Shown here: positions 17,741-26,954 of the stretch, piece by piece
Layout: the number at the start of each line of letters is the position of its first letter
Numbering within the stretch: position 1 is the stretch's first letter
Origin: an uncultured Oscillospiraceae bacterium
GTDB taxonomy: Bacteria > Bacillota > Clostridia > Oscillospirales > Ruminococcaceae
Assembly (NCBI GenBank): GCA_964560565.1
Contig: CAZLMF010000005.1
Coordinates: 1-35,270, forward strand
Reading direction: 5' to 3'
DNA length: 35,270 bases
Position numbers and translations under genes: made by a program
Notes under the pieces: generated by a model
Seen by the model: the letters and a program-made list of their open reading frames with translations, nothing else
Databases searched by the model: none
Told to the model about the DNA's origin: nothing

Positions 17741-18766
17741 ATGGCAATGTTTTCAAAGGATATAGGTATTGACTTAGGTACCGCAAACACGCTTGTATAT
17801 ATGAAGGGCAAGGGGATTATTATCCGCGAGCCAAGCGTTGTTGCTGTTGAGATTAAAACCGACAAGGTTAGATATGTGGGCAAGGAGGCAAAGGAAGTTA
17901 TCGGTCGTACACCCGGCTCGATAGTTGCTGTTCGCCCTCTTAAGGACGGCGTAATCGCCGACTTTGACATTACCACCTCCATGTTGCAGGAGTTCATCCG
18001 CAAGGCGCTAAAGGGCGCATTGTTCTCAAAGCCTAGGGTAATCATTTGCATTCCCTCAGGCGTTACTGCCGTTGAGCGCAGAGCAGTTAAGGAAAGCGCA
18101 GAAAACGCAGGAGCAAAGCGTGTGTTTGTCATTGAGGAGCCAATGGCGGCGGCAATCGGCGCAGGACTTCCTGTTGCAGAGCCTACCGGCTCAATGATTG
18201 TAGACATCGGCGGCGGCACAAGCGAGGTCGCTGTAATATCCCTAGGAGGCATTGTCGCTTCACGCTCAGTAAGAGTGGCAGGAGACGAATTTGATCTATC
18301 CATCATTAACTATATAAAGAAAAAGTATAACCTGCTTGTGGGCGAGCGTACAGCGGAGAATGTTAAAATGGGCATTGGTTCTGCATTCCCAGGTGAGAAC
18401 GAGCCTGTTATGGACATAAAGGGCAGAAACCTGCTTACCGGACTTCCAGAAAGCATCACAATTACCTCTGAAGAGATACGTGACGCTCTAAGCGAGCCTT
18501 TAGCTCAAATTATCGAGGCAATTAAGATTACCCTTGAGAAAACACCACCTGAGCTTTCCGCGGATATAATTGACAGCGGAATTACGCTTACAGGGGGAGG
18601 CGCACTTCTAAAGGGTGTTGATAAGCTTATAAATAAAGTGACAGGTATGCCTGTTCACATTGCAGAGCGTCCTCTTGACTGCGTAGCAGACGGCACCGGC
18701 AAGGTGCTTGAGAATATAGATAAGCTTTACGATGTTCTAAGCGATGAGGAAACCCGCTACTATTAA
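17741..18766 (+). CDS. mreB: Rod shape-determining protein MreB
   Basis: 341 aa from ATG 17741 ([17 protein letters not shown]). AGGAAGGA RBS. Actin-fold motifs DLGTANT and [11 protein letters not shown]. Confidence 0.95.
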   Translation: MAMFSKDIGIDLGTANTLVYMKGKGIIIREPSVVAVEIKTDKVRYVGKEAKEVIGRTPGSIVAVRPLKDGVIADFDITTSMLQEFIRKALKGALFSKPRVIICIPSGVTAVERRAVKESAENAGAKRVFVIEEPMAAAIGAGLPVAEPTGSMIVDIGGGTSEVAVISLGGIVASRSVRVAGDEFDLSIINYIKKKYNLLVGERTAENVKMGIGSAFPGENEPVMDIKGRNLLTGLPESITITSEEIRDALSEPLAQIIEAIKITLEKTPPELSADIIDSGITLTGGGALLKGVDKLINKVTGMPVHIAERPLDCVADGTGKVLENIDKLYDVLSDEETRYY

Positions 18767-18847
18767 CCTATGTCGACATTTATCGCTTGCGGTGTCCATC
18801 AGCGCTAACTGACTGTCCGTGACGCGCTTATGCCACGCCTTTACTTT

Positions 18848-18876
18848 AGTGTCGCTTATGCGGCACTAATTTTATT
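18848..18876 (+). terminator. Hairpin / partial terminator in the mreB-mreC spacer
   Basis: GTGTCGC (18849-18855) pairs with GCGGCAC (18860-18866) around a TTAT loop, followed by TAATTTTATT. It is almost identical to the hairpin at 22905-22925. Confidence 0.45.
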
Positions 18877-18904
18877 CTTGAAAGTTAATGATTGGAGGTA
18901 AGTA

Positions 18905-19759
18905 ATGCGAGAATTTTTCAGCAGCTGGAAGTTCAAAGTCATCCTCGGCGTTGTTGCGCTTTTACTTGGACTTATGGTCTATGCGGCTACTACAAGTAAC
19001 ATTGCTACCTCCCCTGAATCGTTACTTGGGGCTATTACTGCGCCCTTTCAGCGGCTTACCACCAATATATCAAATGCGGTTGAGTCCCAGCTTGATAAGC
19101 TAATAAATGCTGACAAGTATTATAAGGAAAATCAACTGCTAAAGGAACAGCTAGCCGAGATTTATGGTAAGTATATAAACTACGAGGACATAAAGGCGGA
19201 AAATGAGCAGCTTCGTGAGGTTATCGGACTTAAAGAAGACAATTCCGACTACGAATTCTCCCCCCCCTCCTCCATTATCGGCAGGCAAAGCAACGATATT
19301 TACGGCTCCTTTGTCATAGATAAGGGCAGCCTTGACGGCATTTCGGCGCAGGACCCTGTCATCACTTCCGCAGGGCTTGTCGGCAGGGTGATCGAAGTCG
19401 CACCAACATATTCTCGTGTCGCAACGCTGCTTTCCCCCGATGTGCCTGTGGGTGTATACTGCGTTGAAACTAAGGATACGGGCATACTTATGGGGGATAT
19501 TGACCTTGCCTCTCAGGGTAAATGCAAAATGGTCTATATTGACAAAGACAGCACGCTAAAACCCGGCGACATAGTTGTGACCTCCGGTCGTAGCGGGGTT
19601 TTCCCCGATGGCATAATGGTTGGCACAGTTGAGGACGTCTATATCGAGGACACGGGACTTTCTAAGTCGGCAATTATCACTCCTGTTGTAAATAGCGGTA
19701 AGATAAAGGATGTATTTGTAATAACAAGCTTTGAGGGACAGGGGCTTGGCTATGAATAG
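18905..19759 (+). CDS. mreC: Rod shape-determining protein MreC
   Basis: 284 aa. N-terminal TM segment, coiled coil, and a C-terminal beta domain (GLVGRVIEV, GDIVVTSG, FPDGIMVG). GGAGG RBS at 18894-18898. Confidence 0.9.
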   Translation: MREFFSSWKFKVILGVVALLLGLMVYAATTSNIATSPESLLGAITAPFQRLTTNISNAVESQLDKLINADKYYKENQLLKEQLAEIYGKYINYEDIKAENEQLREVIGLKEDNSDYEFSPPSSIIGRQSNDIYGSFVIDKGSLDGISAQDPVITSAGLVGRVIEVAPTYSRVATLLSPDVPVGVYCVETKDTGILMGDIDLASQGKCKMVYIDKDSTLKPGDIVVTSGRSGVFPDGIMVGTVEDVYIEDTGLSKSAIITPVVNSGKIKDVFVITSFEGQGLGYE

Positions 19760-20333
19760 ACGTTCACGTTCGCACAGGCATTCCGTAGACAGAGCTGACA
19801 AAATAAAGCTTGCAACAAAATGGGTGCTGTTTGTGCTTATATCCATTGTGCTGTACGCACTGCAAACCACACCTGGCTTAACGGAATTTTCCCCTATTTT
19901 GCTTATTCCTTTTGCACTTTCTGTCACTATGCTTGAGCACCTAAGCAAACTTTCCTGCGCATTTTTTGGGGCATGGTGCGGACTATTACTGGATATGGCA
20001 TCGAATAGCCTTTTGGGGTTTAATGCGATTTTACTTATGGCAATATGCGTTGCGGCAAGTCTGCTTGTTACGCACTTAATCCGCCCCTATATTGTAAACA
20101 TGCTTTGGCTTTGCTTTGGTGCGGTGAGTATAATTGCACTTATGGATTTTTTCTTTAGGTTTGTAATATGGGATTATTCCTTTACCACGATAATTTTCAA
20201 GGGGTATACTATCCCTGTTATAATTTCTACGACCCTTCTTTCACCGCTTTTACTGCTGCTTGTGAGAATGCTGTTTACAAGGCTTGGTGTTGAGGAGGAA
20301 ATTATCCCCGAGGAAGTCATTGATGACGACTGA
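19752..20333 (+). CDS. mreD: Rod shape-determining protein MreD
   Basis: 193 aa from ATG 19752, overlapping the mreC stop by 8 nt. It is a polytopic membrane protein in the canonical position after mreC. Confidence 0.75.
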   Translation: MNRRSRSHRHSVDRADKIKLATKWVLFVLISIVLYALQTTPGLTEFSPILLIPFALSVTMLEHLSKLSCAFFGAWCGLLLDMASNSLLGFNAILLMAICVAASLLVTHLIRPYIVNMLWLCFGAVSIIALMDFFFRFVIWDYSFTTIIFKGYTIPVIISTTLLSPLLLLLVRMLFTRLGVEEEIIPEEVIDDD

Positions 20334-20354
20334 TTGTTAAGAAAGGATGCACTA

Positions 20355-22340
20355 ATGGGAAAGGTTTCGGACTGGATTCGCTCCCTTTTATTGATTGCAC
20401 TTGTGGTTGTGCTTGCGGTCATGGGCGGCATAAGGCTTATGAAACTGCAAATTGTTCAGGGAGCTTCATACCTTGAAATGAGCGAGCGCACCTATTCCGG
20501 CACTCAGCTTGTTCAGGCTGCAAGAGGCGAGATATATGACACAAACGGCAAGTCGCTTATAGTCAATGAAGTTGGCTACAATGTTGTAGTCGAAAAAGCG
20601 TTTTTGCGCACAGGGACAGAAAATGAGATTATGCTCAGAGTCGCAAAGCTCCTGTCTGAGCATGGCGAGGAATGGATTGACTCCCTGCCTATTACAAAAG
20701 GAGAGCCCTACGCATTTTTGCCCGAAAGCGCCAGTGACATCTCTAAGCTCAAGCAAAACCTAAACCTAAACGTATATGCGACCGTTGATAACTGCATGAA
20801 CTCCCTTGTTGAGAAGTATGACCTCGAAAGCTATACCTCCGAGGAGCAGCGCATTATAGCAGGCATTCGCTATGAGATGCTCCTTATGGACTTTTCCATT
20901 AGCAACCGCTATACATTAGCGGAAGACGTTTCAATTGAGGCTGTTTCAGCCTTGCGTGAGCATACCTTTGACTTGCGGGGCATTGATATAGTGGAGGATG
21001 CAATTCGTGTATATTCACAGGGGGATATTGCTCCCCATCTGCTCGGCGTCGTGGGCAATATTGACGCTGTCGAGTATGCAAAAAACAAGGGCAAAGGCTA
21101 CCGACTAAACGATGTAATCGGCAAGTTTGGCATTGAGCTTGGCATGGAGGAATACCTGCGAGGCACTGACGGCACACGCACCATTACCCAAAGCACAAAC
21201 GGCGAGGTAATTTCAACGAAGGTCACCGACCCTGCAATCCCCGGCAACAGCATTAAGCTTACCATTGATTCGGACTTGCAAAGACAGCTTCAAAAGGATA
21301 TGGAGACGCATATTGAAATGCTTCGTGCCCAAGAGGAGGGTAAAGACGGTCAACTTGTCAAGGGCGGCTCAATAGTAGTCCTTGATGTTAGGACCGGAGG
21401 GGTATTAGCCTCGGTAAACTACCCAAGCTACGACCTAAATGACTATTTAGACAACTATTATGATGTCCTCACCGCCGAGGGCAACCCTACGTTTAACCGT
21501 GCCTTCAACGGCTTGTACCGCCCAGGCTCCACATATAAAACCGTCACCGCCATTGCCGCTTTGCAGCAAGGCACTATTGACAGCCATTCAACTGTTCACT
21601 GCACAGGTTCATACACATACTTTCCCACCCAAAAATTTGGCTGTACAGCTTGGCATGGCACAACTGATGTTGTAAACTCCATTCGTAAGTCCTGCAATAT
21701 TTTCTTCTACGATGCAGGCAGAAGGACAGGCATAGACGCAATACAAAAGCTTTCCTATAAATTCGGGCTTGGTATTGACCTTGGCATGGAGATACCTAAT
21801 AAAGAGGGGTATGTTTCAGGTCCTGATACCTCGGAAGCCCTTGATAAGGATTGGTACCCTGCCGACGTTGTTCAGGCAGCAATAGGTCAGCTTGATACAA
21901 CGGTTTCCCCCTTGCAAATGGCAGTACAGGCAATGACTATTGCAAATCATGGCACACTTGTTCAGCCCCATATCGTCGAGAGTATATACGACTATAATAT
22001 GGAAACCTTAGTTGAAAGAAAGAACAGGGTCGAGCTTTCAACAATGAAGGATTCCGATGCCTTCTACGACCTTGTAATCGAGGGAATGGTATTATGTTCA
22101 AAGGATAACTACGGCGGACTTGGCCCTGACGGACAAAACCTTTATACCCACCTAGGCTTTGACGTTGCCATTAAAACAGGCACACCACAGGTTGCAACCG
22201 ATCTGTTCAACTCCGCTATTATTGGCTTTGCCCCTGCCGATAACCCACAGATAGCATTTGCGATTTTACTTGAGGAAGGCGAGAGGGCACGCTATCTTGC
22301 GGGAAATATTTGTGACGCTTATTTTGGCGCTAAGGACTAA
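20355..22340 (+). CDS. mrdA: Penicillin-binding protein 2 (elongasome class B transpeptidase)
   Basis: 661 aa from ATG 20355. N-terminal TM segment. Motifs SXXK (STYK), SXN (SCN) and KTG (KTGT). Confidence 0.9.
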   Translation: MGKVSDWIRSLLLIALVVVLAVMGGIRLMKLQIVQGASYLEMSERTYSGTQLVQAARGEIYDTNGKSLIVNEVGYNVVVEKAFLRTGTENEIMLRVAKLLSEHGEEWIDSLPITKGEPYAFLPESASDISKLKQNLNLNVYATVDNCMNSLVEKYDLESYTSEEQRIIAGIRYEMLLMDFSISNRYTLAEDVSIEAVSALREHTFDLRGIDIVEDAIRVYSQGDIAPHLLGVVGNIDAVEYAKNKGKGYRLNDVIGKFGIELGMEEYLRGTDGTRTITQSTNGEVISTKVTDPAIPGNSIKLTIDSDLQRQLQKDMETHIEMLRAQEEGKDGQLVKGGSIVVLDVRTGGVLASVNYPSYDLNDYLDNYYDVLTAEGNPTFNRAFNGLYRPGSTYKTVTAIAALQQGTIDSHSTVHCTGSYTYFPTQKFGCTAWHGTTDVVNSIRKSCNIFFYDAGRRTGIDAIQKLSYKFGLGIDLGMEIPNKEGYVSGPDTSEALDKDWYPADVVQAAIGQLDTTVSPLQMAVQAMTIANHGTLVQPHIVESIYDYNMETLVERKNRVELSTMKDSDAFYDLVIEGMVLCSKDNYGGLGPDGQNLYTHLGFDVAIKTGTPQVATDLFNSAIIGFAPADNPQIAFAILLEEGERARYLAGNICDAYFGAKD

Positions 22341-22428
22341 TTTTATGAAATGTATTGTTGATACTGCTCAATTTATTGGCTGATTTTGCGTTAATGCTAC
22401 AATATTGACGCAAATTTTAAGTTTACCT

Positions 22429-22456
22429 TTGACAAAGATAATTTATATGGTAAAAT
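22429..22456 (+). promoter_or_regulatory. Promoter of mgsA
   Basis: TTGACA (22429-22434), 16 nt, extended -10 TGgTAAAAT (22448-22456). Confidence 0.5.
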
Positions 22457-22497
22457 ATAATAGAGGAAATATCCTCACATGAACGGAGGTGCTTTGC

Positions 22498-22899
22498 GTG
22501 AATATAGCGCTGATAGCCCATGATACTAAAAAAGAACTTATGGTTCAGTTTTGCATTGCCTACTGTGGCATCCTGAGCCGACATAACCTTTGTGCAACTG
22601 GCACTACGGGTAAACTTGTAGCGGATGCGACAGGGCTTTCGATAAAGAGATATTTAAGCGGTGCGCAGGGCGGCGATCAACAGATTTCCGCACGTATTTC
22701 TTGCAATGAAATTGACGTTTTACTCTTTTTCAGAGATCCCCTTACCGCAAAGGAGCATGAGCCTAATGAGATGAATCTTCTAAGGCTATGTGATGTCCAC
22801 AATATCCCCGTAGCGACTAATATAGCAACAGGCGAGGCGCTTATACATGCGCTTGAGCGAGGGGATTTGGACTGGCGAAACATCGTCAATTCCAGATAA
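22498..22899 (+). CDS. mgsA: Methylglyoxal synthase
   Basis: 133 aa from GTG 22498, which is 8 nt after GGAGG (22485-22489). Motifs [16 protein letters not shown] and GGDQQI. Confidence 0.88.
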   Translation: MNIALIAHDTKKELMVQFCIAYCGILSRHNLCATGTTGKLVADATGLSIKRYLSGAQGGDQQISARISCNEIDVLLFFRDPLTAKEHEPNEMNLLRLCDVHNIPVATNIATGEALIHALERGDLDWRNIVNSR

Positions 22900-22905
22900 C
22901 TTCCA

Positions 22906-22930
22906 GTGTCGCCTATGGCGGCACTTTTTA
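22906..22930 (+). terminator. Intrinsic terminator after mgsA
   Basis: GTGTCGCC (22906-22913) pairs with GGCGGCAC (22917-22924), including one G-U pair, around a TAT loop, followed by TTTTT. Confidence 0.6.
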
Positions 22931-22949
22931 TATCAAAACATAGAAAGGC

Positions 22950-24290
22950 ATGATTGTTACAGTGGCAGAATATAGACGACCCCGTGGTACTGAGGATTTA
23001 CTTCCACGAGATATAAATAAATGGCAAACAGTTGAGAAGTCTTTGCTTGATGTTGCTCATTGCTTTGGTTTTAAGGAAATTCGCACCCCCACCTTTGAGC
23101 ACACGGAGCTTTTTTTACGCGGTGTTGGTGACACCACCGACGTTGTACAAAAGGAAATGTACACCTTTGAGGACAAGGGCAACCGTTCTATTACACTGCG
23201 CCCTGAGGGGACTGCGGGAGTAGTGCGTGCGGCAATGGAAAACGGACTGCTAGGGGATGCACTTCCTCTAAAGCTTTGCTACTTCACAAACTGCTTTAGA
23301 TACGAAAAGCCACAGGCAGGCAGACTTCGTGAATTCCGTCAGTTTGGTGTTGAGGTTTTTGGCCCGTCGGACGCTTTGGCGGACGCTGAAGTCATATCCC
23401 TTGCCTATGAGCTATTTGACCGCCTTGGCATTAAAGGCTTAACCCTTGAGCTAAATTCCATCGGCTGCCCCGAATGCAGGGCAAAATACCACGAGGCACT
23501 TCGCTCCTACTTTAGCGATAATATAGACGGCTTATGCCAAACCTGTCATGGCAGACTTGAGCGCAATCCAATGCGCATACTAGACTGCAAAAGTGCGGAA
23601 TGCTCCGTTATTGCAAAGGGCGCACCCACTATGCTTGAATACCTATGCAAGGATTGCACTACGCACTTTGAAACTGTTCGCTCACGCCTTGATACCATGG
23701 GGATTGCATATAAAGTAAACCCGCAAATTGTTCGAGGCTTGGACTACTACACACGCACTGTATTTGAGTTTGTGTCCACTCAAATAGGCACACAGGGAAC
23801 AGTTTGCGGCGGTGGTCGCTATGACGGACTTGTAGGCGCACTCGGAGGAAAGCAAGCCCCCGGACTTGGCTTCGCAATAGGGCTAAATAGGCTTATAATG
23901 GTCATGGAGGCACAGGGGATTGAGTTCCCTGCACCGAAGCAATGCGATTTGTTTATCTCCGTTATGGGAGATAAGGCAAGCGAAACAGCAACTGCGCTTG
24001 TATACAAGCTTCGCAGTGAGGGCTTTTGGGCGGAATGTGACCTTATGGGCAGGAGCTTAAAGGCGCAGATGAAATACTCAGATAAGATTGGCGCTAAGTT
24101 TACAATGGTGCTAGGCGACAATGAGCTTTCAAGCGGCAATGCAAAGCTTAAAAACATGGCAAGCGGAGAAACCTCGGATATTACCCTTGGGGATAATTTC
24201 TCGGAGAGCTTATATGATGTGATTTTAAGGGCAGACCTTGAGAACGTTGTCACAGCAGCGAAGAATTTCGGCGAGAATAATTATAAATAA
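22950..24290 (+). CDS. hisS: Histidine--tRNA ligase
   Basis: 446 aa. Class II motifs RPEGTAGVVRA, FRYEKPQAGRLREFRQFG and GGGRYDGL. The start is uncertain: ATG 22950 or in-frame GTG 22962. Confidence 0.93.
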   Translation: MIVTVAEYRRPRGTEDLLPRDINKWQTVEKSLLDVAHCFGFKEIRTPTFEHTELFLRGVGDTTDVVQKEMYTFEDKGNRSITLRPEGTAGVVRAAMENGLLGDALPLKLCYFTNCFRYEKPQAGRLREFRQFGVEVFGPSDALADAEVISLAYELFDRLGIKGLTLELNSIGCPECRAKYHEALRSYFSDNIDGLCQTCHGRLERNPMRILDCKSAECSVIAKGAPTMLEYLCKDCTTHFETVRSRLDTMGIAYKVNPQIVRGLDYYTRTVFEFVSTQIGTQGTVCGGGRYDGLVGALGGKQAPGLGFAIGLNRLIMVMEAQGIEFPAPKQCDLFISVMGDKASETATALVYKLRSEGFWAECDLMGRSLKAQMKYSDKIGAKFTMVLGDNELSSGNAKLKNMASGETSDITLGDNFSESLYDVILRADLENVVTAAKNFGENNYK

Positions 24291-24315
24291 GATATATTTA
24301 AGCGAGGAGAAAATT

Positions 24316-26091
24316 ATGGCAGATAATATGAAGGGGCTAAAGCGCACCCATTACTGCGGCGACTTTAGCAGCGCAAATATAGGCGAAATCGTCACCGTTT
24401 CAGGCTTTGTGCAAAAGTGCAGAGAGCTTGGGGCATTGGTTTTCATTGATTTAAGGGACCGCACAGGAATTGTGCAGCTTGCATTTAACGATGAAACCCA
24501 GCGTGATATATTTGAAAAAGCAGCAGCTTGCAGAGCTGAGTATGTGCTAATGGCACAGGGCAAGGTGCGCGCAAGAGAAAGTGCAAATAGCGAGCTTAAA
24601 ACGGGGGAAATTGAGATTGCAGTTAGCGATTTGCGCCTGCTTTCAAAAGCGGTTACCCCTCCCTTTGAGATTGTGGAGAAATCCAATGTTAAAGAGGAGT
24701 TGCGCCTAAAACACCGCTATTTAGACCTGCGCAGACCCAACCTCCAGCACAATATGGCGATGCGCCATAAGGTCACTAAGCTTATTCGTGACTACTTCGA
24801 TAAAAACGGCTTTATTGAAATTGAAACGCCTATACTAATTAAGTCAACTCCCGAGGGCGCAAGGGACTTTCTAGTCCCCTCAAGGCTTCATAAGGGCTCA
24901 TTCTATGCGCTGCCTCAATCCCCTCAACTTTACAAGCAACTTAGCATGGTGGCAGGGTTTGACCGCTATATCCAAATTGCACGCTGCTTCCGTGATGAGG
25001 ACTTGCGCTATGACCGTCAGCCGGAGTTCACTCAAATTGACATGGAGATGTCCTATGTGGACATTGACGATGTACTTGATATGAATGAGGGCATGATTGC
25101 GTATGTATTTAAGCAGGCACTCGGTGTTGATATTCCCCTGCCCCTGCCGCGCATGACGTACGCTGACGCTATGGAGCGCTTTGGCTCAGACAAGCCTGAT
25201 ACTCGCTTTGGAATGGAGCTTGTAAATATAAATGACACTGTAAAGGACTGCGGATTTTCCGTCTTTGCGGATTGTGTAGCTTCCGGCGGGCGTGTTAGCG
25301 CTATCAACGTCAAGGGCGCAGCTTCTACCTTTACCCGCAAGGAAATCGACAAGCTCACCGAATTCGTCAAGGGCTTTGGCGTCAAGGGACTTGCATGGAT
25401 TCGCCACACTGACGATGGCATTTCTTCAAGCTTTGCAAAGTTTATGACCGAAGAGGAAATGAACGCACTTACCTCAGCAATGGAATGTAAGCAAGGTGAC
25501 GTTATCCTAATCATTGCGGCTAAAACCGCTCTTACTCTTTCCGCACTTGGGGCATTGCGCCTTAACTGCGCTAAAAAGCTTGATATTATCCCCAAGCAGT
25601 TGAACTTCCTGTGGATAACCGAGTTCCCCTTCTTTGAGTGGGATGAGGATTTAGGCGACTTTGTTGCAAAGCACCACGCATTCACCTCCCCTATGGAGGA
25701 TGATATTGCCCTGCTTGACAGCGATAAGGGCTCTGTTCGTGCAATGGCATATGACCTTGTGCTAAACGGAGTGGAGCTTTCAAGCGGTTCAATTAGAATT
25801 ACCGACCCAGATTTGCAAAAGAGAATGTTCTACGCATTAGGGCTTTCAAACGAGGAGGCGGAGGAGAAGTTTGGCTTCCTCACTGATGCCTTTAAGCATG
25901 GCGCACCCCCTCACGGAGGTATGGGCATAGGGCTTGACCGCCTGCTCATGCTTATGCTTGACACGGATAATGTCCGTGATGTTATCGCATTCCCAAAAGT
26001 ACAAAATATGTCGGAACTTATGACCTCCTGCCCCTCCCCTTGCGCAAATGCGCAGCTTGAGGAGCTTGGTATTAAGCTTATAGAAGAATAA
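24316..26091 (+). CDS. aspS: Aspartate--tRNA ligase
   Basis: 591 aa from ATG 24316, with GAGGAG at 24304-24309. Motifs FRDEDLRYDRQPEFTQID and GGMGIGLDRL. N-terminal OB fold. Confidence 0.94.
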   Translation: MADNMKGLKRTHYCGDFSSANIGEIVTVSGFVQKCRELGALVFIDLRDRTGIVQLAFNDETQRDIFEKAAACRAEYVLMAQGKVRARESANSELKTGEIEIAVSDLRLLSKAVTPPFEIVEKSNVKEELRLKHRYLDLRRPNLQHNMAMRHKVTKLIRDYFDKNGFIEIETPILIKSTPEGARDFLVPSRLHKGSFYALPQSPQLYKQLSMVAGFDRYIQIARCFRDEDLRYDRQPEFTQIDMEMSYVDIDDVLDMNEGMIAYVFKQALGVDIPLPLPRMTYADAMERFGSDKPDTRFGMELVNINDTVKDCGFSVFADCVASGGRVSAINVKGAASTFTRKEIDKLTEFVKGFGVKGLAWIRHTDDGISSSFAKFMTEEEMNALTSAMECKQGDVILIIAAKTALTLSALGALRLNCAKKLDIIPKQLNFLWITEFPFFEWDEDLGDFVAKHHAFTSPMEDDIALLDSDKGSVRAMAYDLVLNGVELSSGSIRITDPDLQKRMFYALGLSNEEAEEKFGFLTDAFKHGAPPHGGMGIGLDRLLMLMLDTDNVRDVIAFPKVQNMSELMTSCPSPCANAQLEELGIKLIEE

Positions 26092-26097
26092 AAAATT

Positions 26098-26123
26098 CGG
26101 TGGGGTTTTACCCCACCGTTTAT
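26098..26123 (+). terminator. Intrinsic terminator after aspS
   Basis: CGGTGGGG (26098-26105) pairs with CCCCACCG (26111-26118) around a TTTTA loop, followed by a weak T-tract (TTTAT). Confidence 0.6.
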
Positions 26124-26299
26124 GCTTTTACATAGCCTTTCTCCCATTTATGGAATGCGCAACCATTAAATATCGCCATTGGATGCAAGTTTTGGGAAAA
26201 ACACTTTACTTTTCTTACAAAAGTAGTATAATGATTTTGTGAGATGTGACAAATGATAAGTAAGTTTCATTATTATAAAACTTAAAAGGAAATGAGATT

Positions 26300-26920
26300 A
26301 TGAATATTCTTGTAGTCGGCTGTGGTAAGGTTGGTTCCAGCCTGGCAAGCTTGCTTAGCCGAGAAGGGCATGATGTTTCCGTCGTCGACAGGCAGGAGGA
26401 GAACTTCGACCTGCTTGCCTCTGACTTCAGCGGCTATACCACCAATGGAGTCCCCATTGACCAAGACGTTTTACGCCGTGCAGGCATTGAAAACTGCGAT
26501 GCGGTTGCCACCATGACACCGGACGACAACATCAACATCATGGTAAGCCAGCTTGCAAGTGAGCTTTTCCATGTGCCAAGGGTGATCGCCCGTATTTATG
26601 ACCCTAAGCGTGAAAATGTGTTCTCGCATTTTGGTTTGCGAACTGTCTGCCCCACCAATATGACCGTTGCGGCGGTAAGCGCCTCCATTACACAGGATAA
26701 GCCTACACAAATTATGACCTTTGGACTTCATACCGTTTCCTATTCAAGGATTACGCTGCCAAAGCAGTATATAGACCGCCCTTCCTCAGAAATTGAGCTG
26801 GAGGAAAACGAAGCACTCTTTGCGATTGAGCATGAAAACGGCAGACTTACCCTTGCAGGCTCAAATGATATTCTCCTTAAAAAGGACGACACGCTGATAT
26901 TCACAAAATTAGTTGACTAG
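26300..26920 (+). CDS. TrkA/KtrA-family RCK protein (TrkA_N + TrkA_C), copy 1
   Basis: 206 aa. Rossmann motif ILVVGCGKVGSSLA...VSVVD. C-terminal TrkA_C-like beta domain. Confidence 0.85.
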   Translation: MNILVVGCGKVGSSLASLLSREGHDVSVVDRQEENFDLLASDFSGYTTNGVPIDQDVLRRAGIENCDAVATMTPDDNINIMVSQLASELFHVPRVIARIYDPKRENVFSHFGLRTVCPTNMTVAAVSASITQDKPTQIMTFGLHTVSYSRITLPKQYIDRPSSEIELEENEALFAIEHENGRLTLAGSNDILLKKDDTLIFTKLVD

Positions 26921-26954
26921 CCAAAGCTAGATTGATAGAAATAGAAGGTGCAAT

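Noticed and set aside
17704-18306. A 200-aa minus-strand ORF
   Set aside because: It lies entirely antisense within mreB, whose identity is unambiguous. It has no RBS or promoter, and its Pro/Ser/Thr-rich composition looks non-coding.
18770-18808. A 12-codon ORF (MSTFIACGVHQR) in the mreB-mreC spacer
   Set aside because: It has no RBS and starts 4 nt after the mreB stop, so there is no supporting signal.
25053-25685. A 210-aa minus-strand ORF, plus 23819-24253 and 24351-24686
   Set aside because: These are antisense to aspS and hisS conserved catalytic cores, so they are shadow ORFs.
26124-26299. A possible c-di-AMP (ydaO/kimA-type) riboswitch upstream of the TrkA-like genes
   Set aside because: Only about 65 nt lie between the candidate -10 (26227-26232) and the start codon. 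That stretch is AT-rich with no pseudoknot or helix pattern, so it is too short for that riboswitch class.
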